Positions 18,884 through 27,961 of a DNA stretch of 53,664 bases are shown in pieces (the first letter of the stretch is position 1; each line of letters begins with the position of its first letter). Under the pieces are notes generated by a model, which saw only the letters and a list, made by a program, of their open reading frames with translations, had not been told where the DNA came from and made no database searches. A program made the position numbers and the translations under genes. The DNA comes from a virus (Duplodnaviria; Caudoviricetes), in IMG/VR virus record IMGVR_UViG_3300045146_000572, positions 1 through 53,664 of that record. The stretch is one strand, 5' to 3'.

Positions 18884-19702
18884 TTACTCCTTCACGATTA
18901 AAGCAGACCCCGTCTTGTCCGGCATTGGTATGGCGACCTCAGGTTTATCACTGAAAAAATCGTTGACTGCTTTAAAGGCACCTGGTAAATTCATATAATC
19001 ATGAACAAGGATCATTCCATGTCGAACCATCCTTGGATAAACAAGTTCAAGCCCTTTATGAATCGGCTCATAAAGGTCAGGGTCAAAATGTACAAAGGCG
19101 AATCGGCGGTCATTTAGCTCAGCCGGCCAAGTGTCTGGAAAATAACCTTTGAACCAGTGAACATTTCCATTTTCGGCGTCAACATTTTTCATCGCAATCT
19201 CGAGGCTGGTATCACTTAATTCGCCCTGGGGATAATCCCATCCGGTTTCCTGTTTTTCGCTTTTAAGGCATCGATCAGTAAAGCCCTCAAAGGTATCGAA
19301 CAAAAACAGTTCGCGCTCTGGAATGTAGTGATGAATGAGCGCTGCAGACCAGCCCCGATATACTCCGACTTCAAGCATGTCCCCAGGTATTTTTTCAACC
19401 AGCAAAGTTCTGAGCAGCAGAACAATGAGGTCGCGCCTGGTATGGCTGGTTATTTCAGGGGCAACGATTCTCCTGCCATCACCTGGTCTCGGCTGATAAC
19501 CACCGTGCAGGTTGACAATTAATTTATCATACCATTGAGTTGAGGGATGTATATCCTGATTATAATCAAGATGCCATTTCGTGCCTGTGAATAACGCTGC
19601 CAGTTCTTTGTCGTCATACTCAAAAACAAAATCTTCTCCTCCGTTGACTGCGAAAGTAATTTTCGTCTTGTAGAATCCGCATGTTTCAATCTTCCTGATC
19701 AT
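18884..19702 (-). CDS. TylF/MycF/NovP-family O-methyltransferase
   Basis: IPGDMLEVGVYRG, LFDTFEGF, KGYFPDT, FAFVHFDPDLYEP, HDY motifs. Confidence 0.9.
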   Translation of the reverse strand: MIRKIETCGFYKTKITFAVNGGEDFVFEYDDKELAALFTGTKWHLDYNQDIHPSTQWYDKLIVNLHGGYQPRPGDGRRIVAPEITSHTRRDLIVLLLRTLLVEKIPGDMLEVGVYRGWSAALIHHYIPERELFLFDTFEGFTDRCLKSEKQETGWDYPQGELSDTSLEIAMKNVDAENGNVHWFKGYFPDTWPAELNDRRFAFVHFDPDLYEPIHKGLELVYPRMVRHGMILVHDYMNLPGAFKAVNDFFSDKPEVAIPMPDKTGSALIVKE

Positions 19703-19922
19703 TTTTATTCCTCTTTTTTGGACACCATGATGGAGCCGTCACATTGACTAAAAACGACCCTCGAACCTGCTCCATTGTGACTTGATCACCATATTCATTC
19801 GGGAATTTGCAAAGTGTGCGAACCGTGTCAACTATGTTTAATTCAATCGCAAAAAATTCACAGCCCACGCAGACGTGTCGTGGATTTGTTTTGAATATTT
19901 TCAGTTTCTCAAGACCAGCCAT
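19686..19922 (-). CDS. Hypothetical protein
   Basis: CVGCEF...PSWCP motif common in phage ORFs. Confidence 0.55.
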   Translation of the reverse strand: MAGLEKLKIFKTNPRHVCVGCEFFAIELNIVDTVRTLCKFPNEYGDQVTMEQVRGSFLVNVTAPSWCPKKRNKNDQED

Positions 19923-19923
19923 C

Positions 19924-20379
19924 TCATTTTCCTTCCGGTTTTTTCAGTTCGTCATCCTTAACCTGCAGCCCGCTCAAAGCCCTGAATAAAGGGATGTAAT
20001 ACCTTTTGTCTCTAATCATGCCGGTCGAGAAGTGGTATACCCTCCACCCTTTAGCGGTCGCAGCGTTATGCTTTTCAAAATCATCCTGCAGTCGTTTCGT
20101 ATTCTGGTGTCTGCCTGCAATTTTTCCGGTTCCGTGACATATATCGCAGGTGCCTGTTGCACGACCTCCGAATATTTTGAATCCGGTTCCTTTGCATTTT
20201 CCGCACTTTACTCCAAACTGTCCTCCGTCAATTTCAACAGCAATCATCTGCTTTATCCACCCGAAATCGAGGCGCCACCGCCTGGAAGATGCGAATGCGA
20301 TTTCGCCCTGGGGAACCGGATACTGGTTATTTCCAAATATAAGGAAATTTCGTATAAATTCATCAGCAAGTTTACTCAT
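19924..20379 (-). CDS. DUF559/Vsr-like endonuclease with inserted DnaJ-type Zn finger
   Basis: RRWRLDFGW...IAVEIDGG...GRHQ...DFEKHNAATAKGWRV; two CxxCxGTG repeats inserted. Confidence 0.75.
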   Translation of the reverse strand: MSKLADEFIRNFLIFGNNQYPVPQGEIAFASSRRWRLDFGWIKQMIAVEIDGGQFGVKCGKCKGTGFKIFGGRATGTCDICHGTGKIAGRHQNTKRLQDDFEKHNAATAKGWRVYHFSTGMIRDKRYYIPLFRALSGLQVKDDELKKPEGK

Positions 20380-20767
20380 TCAGCAGCCCCTTGATTTTCT
20401 TTTCCAGTTCAGAACCAATGGCGACCAGTTCATCCCTTGTGTATTTCTTAAAAGTCCTTTTCAGTTTTTCGAGTTCCCTGACTTTCTGTTTACCGATTTT
20501 TACCATCAATCGCTCACGATACATTTTCGTCGTCACTCCGCCGAAGCGATTGCAGGTTACACATTGCGCGTGAACGTTATCCTCGTGCCACCTGGTCGCC
20601 ATGATTCCTCTTGGGATCCAATGGCCGGCGTCACATCCATTGTAATTTATCGGTTTCCCGCATGTTATGCAATACCCTGTCGCTTTAACGTCCCTCATCC
20701 TGACGTATCTTGACATAAGGATGTCGAGTTTTGATTCAATCGTCATTTTAAAATAACCTCGGCTCAT
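20372..20767 (-). CDS. ninG: NinG/Rap recombination endonuclease
   Basis: CITCG...CDAGHWIPRG..TRWHEDNVHAQCVTCN. Confidence 0.85.
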   Translation of the reverse strand: MSRGYFKMTIESKLDILMSRYVRMRDVKATGYCITCGKPINYNGCDAGHWIPRGIMATRWHEDNVHAQCVTCNRFGGVTTKMYRERLMVKIGKQKVRELEKLKRTFKKYTRDELVAIGSELEKKIKGLLNE

Positions 20768-21037
20768 GGTGTTTTAATCGTTTAACGATGGTGGAAAAAT
20801 GCTCCCCATCCTTTTCTATTAAAATGAATCGGCGCCTGGTATTAAGGCAAGCGACCCCTGTTGTTCCGCTGCCTGCAGCGTTATCCAGAACAATATCCCC
20901 TTGATTTGTATATGTTTTAATTAAGTATTCAAAAAGCGAAACAGGTTTTTGAGTCGGATGTATTGCATGGTGTTTCGCGTCATAACTGAGATGGCATTTC
21001 TGGCATAGTGCTCTTATTTTTTATAATCAATCGGCAT
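20748..21037 (-). pseudogene. Collapsed remnant: HNH-like protein ends joined to the C-terminus of an N4/N6 DNA methyltransferase
   Basis: MPIDYKK* then, in another frame, RALCQKCHLSYDAKHHA-IHPTQKPVSLFEYLIKTYTNQGDIVLDNAAGSGTTGVAC...HEPRLF*. Confidence 0.75.
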
Positions 21038-21404
21038 CTTTTTTGTCATAAGGATTCGGGAGAGTGAGAGCCCATTTTTTTACCATTGCGACCGTCAATT
21101 TTTTCTGCTTCCCCTTTTTTGCTCTTTCTATCAATTTGTTTATTGTGACAGGTCGCGGGAGCCTTATTCTTATTCCGATGTGAAACGCTGCCTTGCAAAG
21201 CAAAGCAGTCACAATCATGAGCAGCAAGTTTGGCCATAGCATTAGAAAGAGAAATACCCAGATCGTCCAGGTCGATGCCCATTTTACCATATGCCATGAA
21301 ATCCAACTTGCTCTTCGGCCTATGTTGAAATCGCTGTCTCGAATTCCGTCGCAGAAATTCGAAAATATTAAAAGAACAGCTATCAGATAAACATTGTTCA
21401 GCAT
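21027..21404 (-). CDS. Membrane protein
   Basis: Start MLNNVYLI with GGAGGTG RBS; several hydrophobic segments. Confidence 0.6.
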   Translation of the reverse strand: MLNNVYLIAVLLIFSNFCDGIRDSDFNIGRRASWISWHMVKWASTWTIWVFLFLMLWPNLLLMIVTALLCKAAFHIGIRIRLPRPVTINKLIERAKKGKQKKLTVAMVKKWALTLPNPYDKKDAD

Positions 21405-21572
21405 TCTTATCACCTCCTTTAAAAGCCCTGCAGAACATGATAAAATATTTGATGTAAAGAACAAAAACAATAGCGGCAAAGGTTTCAATCGGAATCATCA
21501 ATTTCATAATCATTTCACCGTGCTGTATAAAATAATCTTCCATTTCCCCTCGCAAGTTTATTCAGGTTTTTG

Positions 21573-21938
21573 TCACCTGTTCTTGGATATTAACAGCCTG
21601 CATTTAAAGCAAACATAGACCGCAACTTTTCTTCCATCGGAATTCCTGGAATACTTGTGTGGGGCAACTTTTGACTTGTGGCAATAGTTCCGACAAACGC
21701 TGCAAAGCCGTAAATTTTTATCCGGATTTACTTCCGGCTTTACGTCACGTTGTTTCCACTGAATATAATCGATCAAACCATTGATCGACGATATCATTTC
21801 ATCATATCCGAGATGGTGCAGTATGACCCTGATATCAGCAATTATCGAGGCGATGTCAGGGTCAACCCTGCTCTGTAGAAGAAATAATCTTGCATTCAGC
21901 GTTGACTCTGAAATTGTTATTTTTTTATTTTTTCCCAA
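21573..21938 (-). CDS. Hypothetical Zn-finger protein
   Basis: CSVC...CFKC. Confidence 0.5.
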   Translation of the reverse strand: MGKNKKITISESTLNARLFLLQSRVDPDIASIIADIRVILHHLGYDEMISSINGLIDYIQWKQRDVKPEVNPDKNLRLCSVCRNYCHKSKVAPHKYSRNSDGRKVAVYVCFKCRLLISKNR

Positions 21939-22662
21939 AGATCAGTCCGACGGCCAAAATAACTGAAACCGCACATGCTCCGATAAATGGAATTCTGAAA
22001 CGGTCAAAATCATGATTCGTGACCTCGACTTTGTTTTTAATGATAAGCAGGGTCTCCTCTCCGTCCTTTGGTGCCTTATCGAGGATCCTCTCAGTCTGTT
22101 CGTCGGCATAAAATCCTCCGCTCATACCAATTTTCCGCAGCAGATCAACGTAAAGAGTGTCATCGTCAGGCTTTATAACGGTCTGAATCAAAGTGTCCAG
22201 CCTGGTGACGTAAGTTGTATCATGAACAGGATACGGTTCAGGCACCGGATACCAGAATCTCAAAGTGTCATGAATTATAGTCGTATCATGAACAGGGTAA
22301 GGAACCGGAATCTCAATTTTTACTTCATAAGGAACCGGAATTTCCAAAGTATCACAATAAAAGAAATCCAGCCCCTGGGGTCGCCCTGGTCTGTATCGTG
22401 CTGTTGCCATTTCACTCGGTAGAGAAACATTTCCAACCTGGTCATAAGCCCGCAGGACTGCAGCAACCGAGTCACCACCTTGAAACCGCCACTCGGTAAC
22501 GTTTCCAAGTTTAACTTTCTGCCATTCGCTGCCTTCACTCCATACTGATATTTCATAGCCGGCAAGATCAGTTTCCTTGTTCGGTTCCCAGACCGCAATC
22601 CACTCACGTGATAAAAGCGAGGTCACCAGAATCAAGACAATTGCAAAAACTTTTGTAAACAT
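21925..22662 (-). CDS. Exported FN3-like protein with PVHDTT repeats and C-terminal membrane anchor
   Basis: Signal peptide; WEPNKETDLAGYEI...RAYDQVGNVSLPS; C-terminal TM followed by KK. Confidence 0.7.
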   Translation of the reverse strand: MFTKVFAIVLILVTSLLSREWIAVWEPNKETDLAGYEISVWSEGSEWQKVKLGNVTEWRFQGGDSVAAVLRAYDQVGNVSLPSEMATARYRPGRPQGLDFFYCDTLEIPVPYEVKIEIPVPYPVHDTTIIHDTLRFWYPVPEPYPVHDTTYVTRLDTLIQTVIKPDDDTLYVDLLRKIGMSGGFYADEQTERILDKAPKDGEETLLIIKNKVEVTNHDFDRFRIPFIGACAVSVILAVGLIFGKK

Positions 22663-22703
22663 AGAACCACCTCATTTTTAATTAAAACCTGCAGGTGAAC
22701 CGA

Positions 22704-23120
22704 TCATCCTGCAGCAGGTTTATTTTTTGAAGAAATAAAGGATCGGCGAGGAACTTCATACATTTCACCATAAATTACAGCGTCAGGGAATTGCTTTACC
22801 ATGCCCGCAGCAGCCAGGCCAGCCCTGCACTTTTTACCATTATGACATCGGTTAAAATGTGAGCAGACTTTCATGGTTCCAAGTGGTAGACCACACAGTT
22901 CAAGCATCTCATTTTTGAGTATCGCCCTTATTCGAACCTCATATTCCCAAATAATGCCCTGGTCACATGCGATCAACTTTTGGATTTGACCTGCAGTGAT
23001 GCCCAGGTATTCAGTTATCACTTCGGTCGGATAACCGTCCGCCCTCATAACAAGGGCAATGTTGCGCTGCCATTCCTTTTCACTGACCTTCTCAATGTTT
23101 GGAATCGTCATTTCTCTCAT
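22704..23120 (-). CDS. Hypothetical HTH-like protein (possible transcription regulator)
   Basis: GYPTEVITEYLGIT helix-turn-helix-like segment. Confidence 0.45.
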   Translation of the reverse strand: MREMTIPNIEKVSEKEWQRNIALVMRADGYPTEVITEYLGITAGQIQKLIACDQGIIWEYEVRIRAILKNEMLELCGLPLGTMKVCSHFNRCHNGKKCRAGLAAAGMVKQFPDAVIYGEMYEVPRRSFISSKNKPAAG

Positions 23121-23836
23121 ATTCTGCCTCTCATACTTTTTCCTGAAATTTCTACAAATCTGTAAACTCTGGAATCTCGAAATCTGTCGATTGTTCTTTC
23201 ATAACCTGTTAAAGTTTTGAAATCCTCCTTTGCTATGTTGGTCGTCACAATGGTTGCTTTCCTGTTGGCATAACGGAAATCCATGATTTCTTCCAATTGT
23301 GCTGCAGGGAATTCAGCCCGATACTCACTTCCGAAATCGTCAAGCAACAGCAGGTCGCAATTTTTTACATCTTCAAGAGATTCTTTTGTGACAATTGCGT
23401 GAAACAGCTGATTTACTTTTCTAAACTGCAGGTCATATTTCGGAGTATACCAGCAACTTGAAACAAGATCGTTCGTTGTTATGGTTCCCAATAAAAATGC
23501 CCTTTTAGCGATAAACGATAATATCGTCGTCTTGCCGACTCCCAGGCCACCGCTTAAAAGCATCCCGACACCTGACTCGATGTTTGCAGCAAGGTTTTCA
23601 CAATATTCCATGACTTGCTGTTTCGGTCTCATTAATTCCATATTGACTTCCCAGAACAACTTGCCTATTCCGAGTTTCTGCAGGTATTCATCCATCAGCC
23701 TTTTGCTGTTTTCTCTGAGATATTTTTTCCGCTGGTCACCATGTTCCTGGTTTGACTGTTCCGGTTGCTGCAGGCTGTTTTCCGGCTGATGGTATGTATC
23801 TCTTGTTTCCTGGCTTTGGTTTTCTTCCATCGTCAA
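23117..23836 (-). CDS. DnaC/IstB-like ATPase (helicase loader)
   Basis: GGLGVGKT, LLLLDDFGSE, FRYANRKATIVTTN. Confidence 0.9.
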   Translation of the reverse strand: MTMEENQSQETRDTYHQPENSLQQPEQSNQEHGDQRKKYLRENSKRLMDEYLQKLGIGKLFWEVNMELMRPKQQVMEYCENLAANIESGVGMLLSGGLGVGKTTILSFIAKRAFLLGTITTNDLVSSCWYTPKYDLQFRKVNQLFHAIVTKESLEDVKNCDLLLLDDFGSEYRAEFPAAQLEEIMDFRYANRKATIVTTNIAKEDFKTLTGYERTIDRFRDSRVYRFVEISGKSMRGRI

Positions 23837-24764
23837 TCTCCTCTAAAAGAACCTGGTAAATTAAAACACCGTCCCCCCCTTTTGTTCTGGCCAGCAACTT
23901 CGCAGGGCTTCGGATATTTTTCGTCCTTGCCCACCAGGATTTTTCTTTATCAAAACAATGATGGATGACGGTTTTTATTTCTTCAATGTCTTTACCCTGC
24001 AGTATGAGATCGGCAATGCTCACCCTCCATTTTTCTTTATAATTCTTCTGCAGCCCACTGAAAATATTAGGCATATTTTCGTATAATAGGTCTGCGAACA
24101 TATCCACCGCTCCATCTATCTCAGGATTATGAGAGGTGAGAATTTCGTTGATTTTCTGCTCCCTGGTTCTTTTATTATTATTTGTTGAAACTGCATTAGG
24201 AGGAATATCCTCTTCTTTACTATTATTTTCTTTCTTTTTATTTGGGGGAATTTGCTCTCCGTTGCTTGCACTTGCTTGCAATTGCAGCCCCCCATTCCCC
24301 CCTGTTCCCTGGTCATTGTTTGCTGCCGGCGCCACCTTATATGCAGCCGTAACCATTTGGCCGTTCGTCGGAGCGGAAATTTCAATCTTCCTTGTTGCAC
24401 TCACCGGTTCGACGGATCTTATGTATCTGCTTTTCGCAGCCTGGCTCCGCTTCTCACTAATCTCACTTCTCCGCTCCTTATTCCGGTCTACCCTGTTGCT
24501 TCCAAGTCTGTCATCCTTTAAATAAAAAAGCCCCACCTCGATGCATGACTTTATTATTTCCTTTGCTGAATTAATCTCAGTCATGAGGTCGATTGCAAGG
24601 GCTTCATAAAAAACCTGGTCAACTGCCAAGAGCGAATCGCTGATGTGCATTTCCTCGACAACTCGCCAGAATACAGCATAAGCGATTCCACCATGCCTTC
24701 TGACAATTATCTTTATCCTCGAATCATTAAAAGAGTGATAGTCGTGGGGAAAGTATTCCGTCAT
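23736..24764 (-). CDS. Replication initiator, DUF4373 (Lin1244/Lin1753-like) N-terminus
   Basis: YFPHDYHSFNDSRI...GIAYAVFWRVVEEM; C-terminal WWARTKNIRSPAKL; upstream of DnaC-like gene. Confidence 0.85.
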   Translation of the reverse strand: MTEYFPHDYHSFNDSRIKIIVRRHGGIAYAVFWRVVEEMHISDSLLAVDQVFYEALAIDLMTEINSAKEIIKSCIEVGLFYLKDDRLGSNRVDRNKERRSEISEKRSQAAKSRYIRSVEPVSATRKIEISAPTNGQMVTAAYKVAPAANNDQGTGGNGGLQLQASASNGEQIPPNKKKENNSKEEDIPPNAVSTNNNKRTREQKINEILTSHNPEIDGAVDMFADLLYENMPNIFSGLQKNYKEKWRVSIADLILQGKDIEEIKTVIHHCFDKEKSWWARTKNIRSPAKLLARTKGGDGVLIYQVLLEEIDDGRKPKPGNKRYIPSAGKQPAATGTVKPGTW

Positions 24765-25275
24765 ACCTGCTCCTGTCGAAATTTATTTTTGCAAATTTGC
24801 CAAAGTGTTCCAACGCAGCGATATCATACTTTACTGCAGCGTCCTCTTCTCTTAGGTAGTATCCAAGATGAACAAGTTTTCTGCCGATGCGAATCAATGC
24901 CTGCCATTTTTCCAACTTAATATTGAAGCTCACCCCTTTGAACTTGCTTGAACATCCCCGCTTCGGATTCATGTTCCGCATATTTTCAGTCCTGGTTGCG
25001 AATCGCAAGTTCCCCCTGGTATTGTTCAGACCGTTGTGATCTATATGGTCTATCTCTTTGCCCTGCACCTTGCCCATTATAAGGTGATGCATAAAAAGAG
25101 CCATCGTTTTACCAGTTTGTTCATCCTTGTAAAAATTAACAGCATAGACGGTCGTTCTTGCCCCATTGAGTATACCCATCCATCTGTAATTTGAGCAAAC
25201 ATCATAATCGCAATCGTCAATGATCGCGATCAATCCTTTGCCCACTTTGCCCTGCAGTTTAATTTGCATCATCAT
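24727..25275 (-). CDS. HNH endonuclease with AP2 domain
   Basis: IDHIDHNGLNNTRGNLRFATRTENMRN; SSKFKGVS...HLGYY..EEDAAVKYD. Confidence 0.92.
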   Translation of the reverse strand: MMMQIKLQGKVGKGLIAIIDDCDYDVCSNYRWMGILNGARTTVYAVNFYKDEQTGKTMALFMHHLIMGKVQGKEIDHIDHNGLNNTRGNLRFATRTENMRNMNPKRGCSSKFKGVSFNIKLEKWQALIRIGRKLVHLGYYLREEDAAVKYDIAALEHFGKFAKINFDRSRYDGILSPRLSLF

Positions 25276-25286
25276 CGCCTCTCAAT

Positions 25287-25354
25287 AAAATCTGCGCGAC
25301 CAATTGTGTGAGAAAGATTGCGGTTTGTTTTTTTGAGGGAGTCGCGCAGATTTT
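25287..25354. repeat. 14-bp perfect inverted repeat in the HNH-AP2 leader
   Basis: AAAATCTGCGCGAC (25287-25300) / GTCGCGCAGATTTT (25341-25354). Confidence 0.8.
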
Positions 25355-25416
25355 TGAGTTCACAAAGCCTTTTCCGCAGCCTTTGAAAATTAAAAGAATG
25401 GTTCAACAAAAGCAAA

Positions 25417-26124
25417 TTAATATTTTATTGCCTGCACAAATTTATCAATTTCCTGGTCTGTGACCTGTTGTAAGTAAAACGTTTCATCATTCCAGTTTAC
25501 TGATTCGTGGTGCCTGCCATAACCAAATGACCAGAAGTGGGCATCGTCTTTGAATAGTTGATGAAAAACTGCCTCTTCCTTTTCTTTTGTTTTTGGATGG
25601 TCTCCGGCCAGTATCCGTGCAGCAAATTCATGAGTAAAACTTCGATCAACAAAAACAAGTGAGTTCTCAGCCCAGCCTTCTTCATATGACCATTTTCCGA
25701 ATCCGTAGCACATTTTTTTGTCTGAATGAAATGCCTCATGCAATACTCCGATAATACTTTTAACAAGGCAGTCCTGCTCTACATACAAAAAATATGCATG
25801 GTTCGCATAAGCGTAAAGAGCACCGAACACCAATGAATTCCAATGGTCGAAGTACCTGGTAAAAGTTCTGTTTTCAAGTGATGACTTTATCCACCCTCCG
25901 ATAAACGAATCACCTTTATAGAATCCTGAATGTTCTTCAAAAGTTATGGGGCAATCGCTCTCATAAATAAAAGGTATAAAGTTCACACCTTTTAATCTAT
26001 GGAAATTAATACGCCACCATGTTTCCAGCCAATCTCTTTGGTACAGCCTTTTTGACGCCAGGGGATTGTTATGGCCGGCTTCATCTGCATACCAGCCTGT
26101 TCCTATTATTAAGCGATCCTCCAT
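25417..26124 (-). CDS. Hypothetical protein, possible GT-A glycosyltransferase
   Basis: YFLYVEQDCLV resembles the DxD strand of GT-A folds. Confidence 0.45.
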   Translation of the reverse strand: MEDRLIIGTGWYADEAGHNNPLASKRLYQRDWLETWWRINFHRLKGVNFIPFIYESDCPITFEEHSGFYKGDSFIGGWIKSSLENRTFTRYFDHWNSLVFGALYAYANHAYFLYVEQDCLVKSIIGVLHEAFHSDKKMCYGFGKWSYEEGWAENSLVFVDRSFTHEFAARILAGDHPKTKEKEEAVFHQLFKDDAHFWSFGYGRHHESVNWNDETFYLQQVTDQEIDKFVQAIKY

Positions 26125-26133
26125 TTGCTCCCC

Positions 26134-26370
26134 TTATTTATTTCTAACCACTGTGGCCTGCCCTTCTTCATATTTACTGAAGATCATGTTGCAGTCTACA
26201 TTTTTATTTAACGGAGCCCTGACGATAAAAAACATGTCCCTCTTTTTTGCGTTCATCCCGAACCTGACCAACATGGTTGAATCTTCTGCGTTTTGAACAA
26301 TCAAACCAATCATGAAACTGCCATCGTATTCATTAACGTTTACTATCATTTTTTTACGCTCCATTTCCAT
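26134..26370 (-). CDS. Hypothetical protein
   Basis: ORF in dense minus-strand cluster. Confidence 0.5.
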   Translation of the reverse strand: MEMERKKMIVNVNEYDGSFMIGLIVQNAEDSTMLVRFGMNAKKRDMFFIVRAPLNKNVDCNMIFSKYEEGQATVVRNK

Positions 26371-26639
26371 CGTCTTTTAAGTGGTTCAAAACCTGCTTTT
26401 TTATCGGACTCTGCCTGCCTTAAAATTTCTCCAATATGTTTTTGGTAAAGTTCTTTGACCTGCTTAAATTCTTCTGCTGAACTATACCAAAAATTCTCCT
26501 CATCCATTTCAGCCGGCTGGTATGTAGCAATTTTTTTCTCTTTTACTTTTGCGAGAAATGTTTTCCAATCACCGCCGAAATCCCTTTTGTCAAGGCGCCA
26601 ATAGACTCCGTGACCATTTTTACTGGTTTGCTTATCCAA
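26346..26639 (-). CDS. Hypothetical protein
   Basis: TTG start with AATAAAGGAG RBS. Confidence 0.55.
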   Translation of the reverse strand: MDKQTSKNGHGVYWRLDKRDFGGDWKTFLAKVKEKKIATYQPAEMDEENFWYSSAEEFKQVKELYQKHIGEILRQAESDKKAGFEPLKRRWKWSVKK

Positions 26640-26793
26640 TATTTTCTCCTTTATTTTTTAACGTTAATTTCCAGGTGTCAATGCACTGCGGACATGCATA
26701 TCCACCGTCGACCAGCTTATAAAACATTTTTCCAGACTTCCCGCAGATACTGCATATTCGAACCGCCACACTCATTGTCGGTATACGGATCAT
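26632..26793 (-). CDS. Small Zn-finger protein (53 aa, not in ORF track)
   Basis: MIRIPTMSVAVRICSICGK...ACPQCIDTW; GGAGG RBS. Confidence 0.5.
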   Translation of the reverse strand: MIRIPTMSVAVRICSICGKSGKMFYKLVDGGYACPQCIDTWKLTLKNKGENIG

Positions 26794-27122
26794 CACTTCT
26801 TACCTCCATAGGCATTTTTTAATCTATAGATGTTTGAACAAATCACATCGATGATTTCGTCATACCTGGTCGTCCGCTGGTTGATTTTTATTCTCTGCAG
26901 CATGGTTGCAAGGAATACAGCCCTGGTATAATTATTCACAGCCATTTGGGGGGGGATAGCACCACCGCCCATAGAGAATGCTATGAGCGACTGATTCACT
27001 TTATAAGCAAATATCCGCAGTTCTTTAAATTCTGCATCAATATCAAGTCTGACCTGGTCTGTAGTATTATCCATGGTAACCTCAACAGTAGACAATAACT
27101 GCCAGAACAACCAAGACGACAA
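26793..27122 (-). CDS. Hypothetical protein
   Basis: ORF; true start probably MDNTTDQ. Confidence 0.5.
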   Translation of the reverse strand: MSSWLFWQLLSTVEVTMDNTTDQVRLDIDAEFKELRIFAYKVNQSLIAFSMGGGAIPPQMAVNNYTRAVFLATMLQRIKINQRTTRYDEIIDVICSNIYRLKNAYGGKK

Positions 27123-27142
27123 GGATGCAATATTCCAGACCC

Positions 27143-27388
27143 TTAAAATCTATTTTCATGCTTGCCTCTTTGCTCCTTGCTTTGTTCAGGCCATTTAATT
27201 TCTTCAATGTTGTAATTTCGGCATATATCATAATCAGGTATCTTTATCTTAATCCAACATGCCCTTGCGCCAACTATAACACCATCAACTTTCCCCACCA
27301 TTGGAACGTAAACCGTTACGTGTTCGCCTCGGTATGCTGGGACTTTATACTTTTTTCTGATTTCGGCCAAAGTCATACTTGCATCCAA
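27143..27388 (-). CDS. Hypothetical protein
   Basis: MTLAEIRKKYKVPAYRG motif common in phage ORFs. Confidence 0.6.
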   Translation of the reverse strand: MDASMTLAEIRKKYKVPAYRGEHVTVYVPMVGKVDGVIVGARACWIKIKIPDYDICRNYNIEEIKWPEQSKEQRGKHENRF

Positions 27389-27394
27389 TTTAAC

Positions 27395-27655
27395 TTAATT
27401 TTCTCCAAAGTTTTCTTCTAACCATTTTTTGAAAACTCTCATCGCTGGACTTGACCTGTCAGGCTGCCTCTTCATTGCCCTTCCGCTTTTGTTGAAAAAA
27501 GTCATTCCATGAATCGGATGAAATACCCAGCGCCTCGTCTTGCCGCAAAAGTCAATGCCTTCGCCGTAATATGCCGCATGTGGGCAATTGGTACAAACCG
27601 AACTCCCAATATTATGTCTACAGACTTGTTTAGATATACATTTAGTCGGAATCAT
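27395..27655 (-). CDS. Hypothetical protein
   Basis: RRWVFHPIHGMTFFNKSG...RQP motif common in phage ORFs. Confidence 0.55.
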   Translation of the reverse strand: MIPTKCISKQVCRHNIGSSVCTNCPHAAYYGEGIDFCGKTRRWVFHPIHGMTFFNKSGRAMKRQPDRSSPAMRVFKKWLEENFGEN

Positions 27656-27748
27656 TTTTCATCCTTTTATCTTTGGAACCGATCCGGTTTTATCCAGCTT
27701 TTTCTTGTCAGAGTAAATCCGTCTGTTTTTATAAATTCGTTCAACTTT

Positions 27749-27961
27749 TTATTCTCCTCCTGTCGAATCCGGCAAAAGTTCACCCTGAAACGCTTTCTTG
27801 TGAATTTCCAGATTATCAGAAGATAATGGATTAATCGCACATCTCGAAACAAGACACATTAAAATCAACAGGACTATAAGAATATAAAACAATGTCCTGA
27901 TAGTCTTTAGTTCTTCTTTGCCGATCATCTTAATTCCACTTTTTAATAAATCCATTCCCAC
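27749..27961 (-). CDS. Small membrane/lipoprotein-like protein
   Basis: Hydrophobic stretch ending VSRC. Confidence 0.4.
   Translation of the reverse strand: MGMDLLKSGIKMIGKEELKTIRTLFYILIVLLILMCLVSRCAINPLSSDNLEIHKKAFQGELLPDSTGGE

Noticed and set aside
21046-21555. 169-aa ORF overlapping the membrane protein
   Set aside because: Only the first ~50 codons look coding; the rest overlaps a better-supported ORF, so left uncalled
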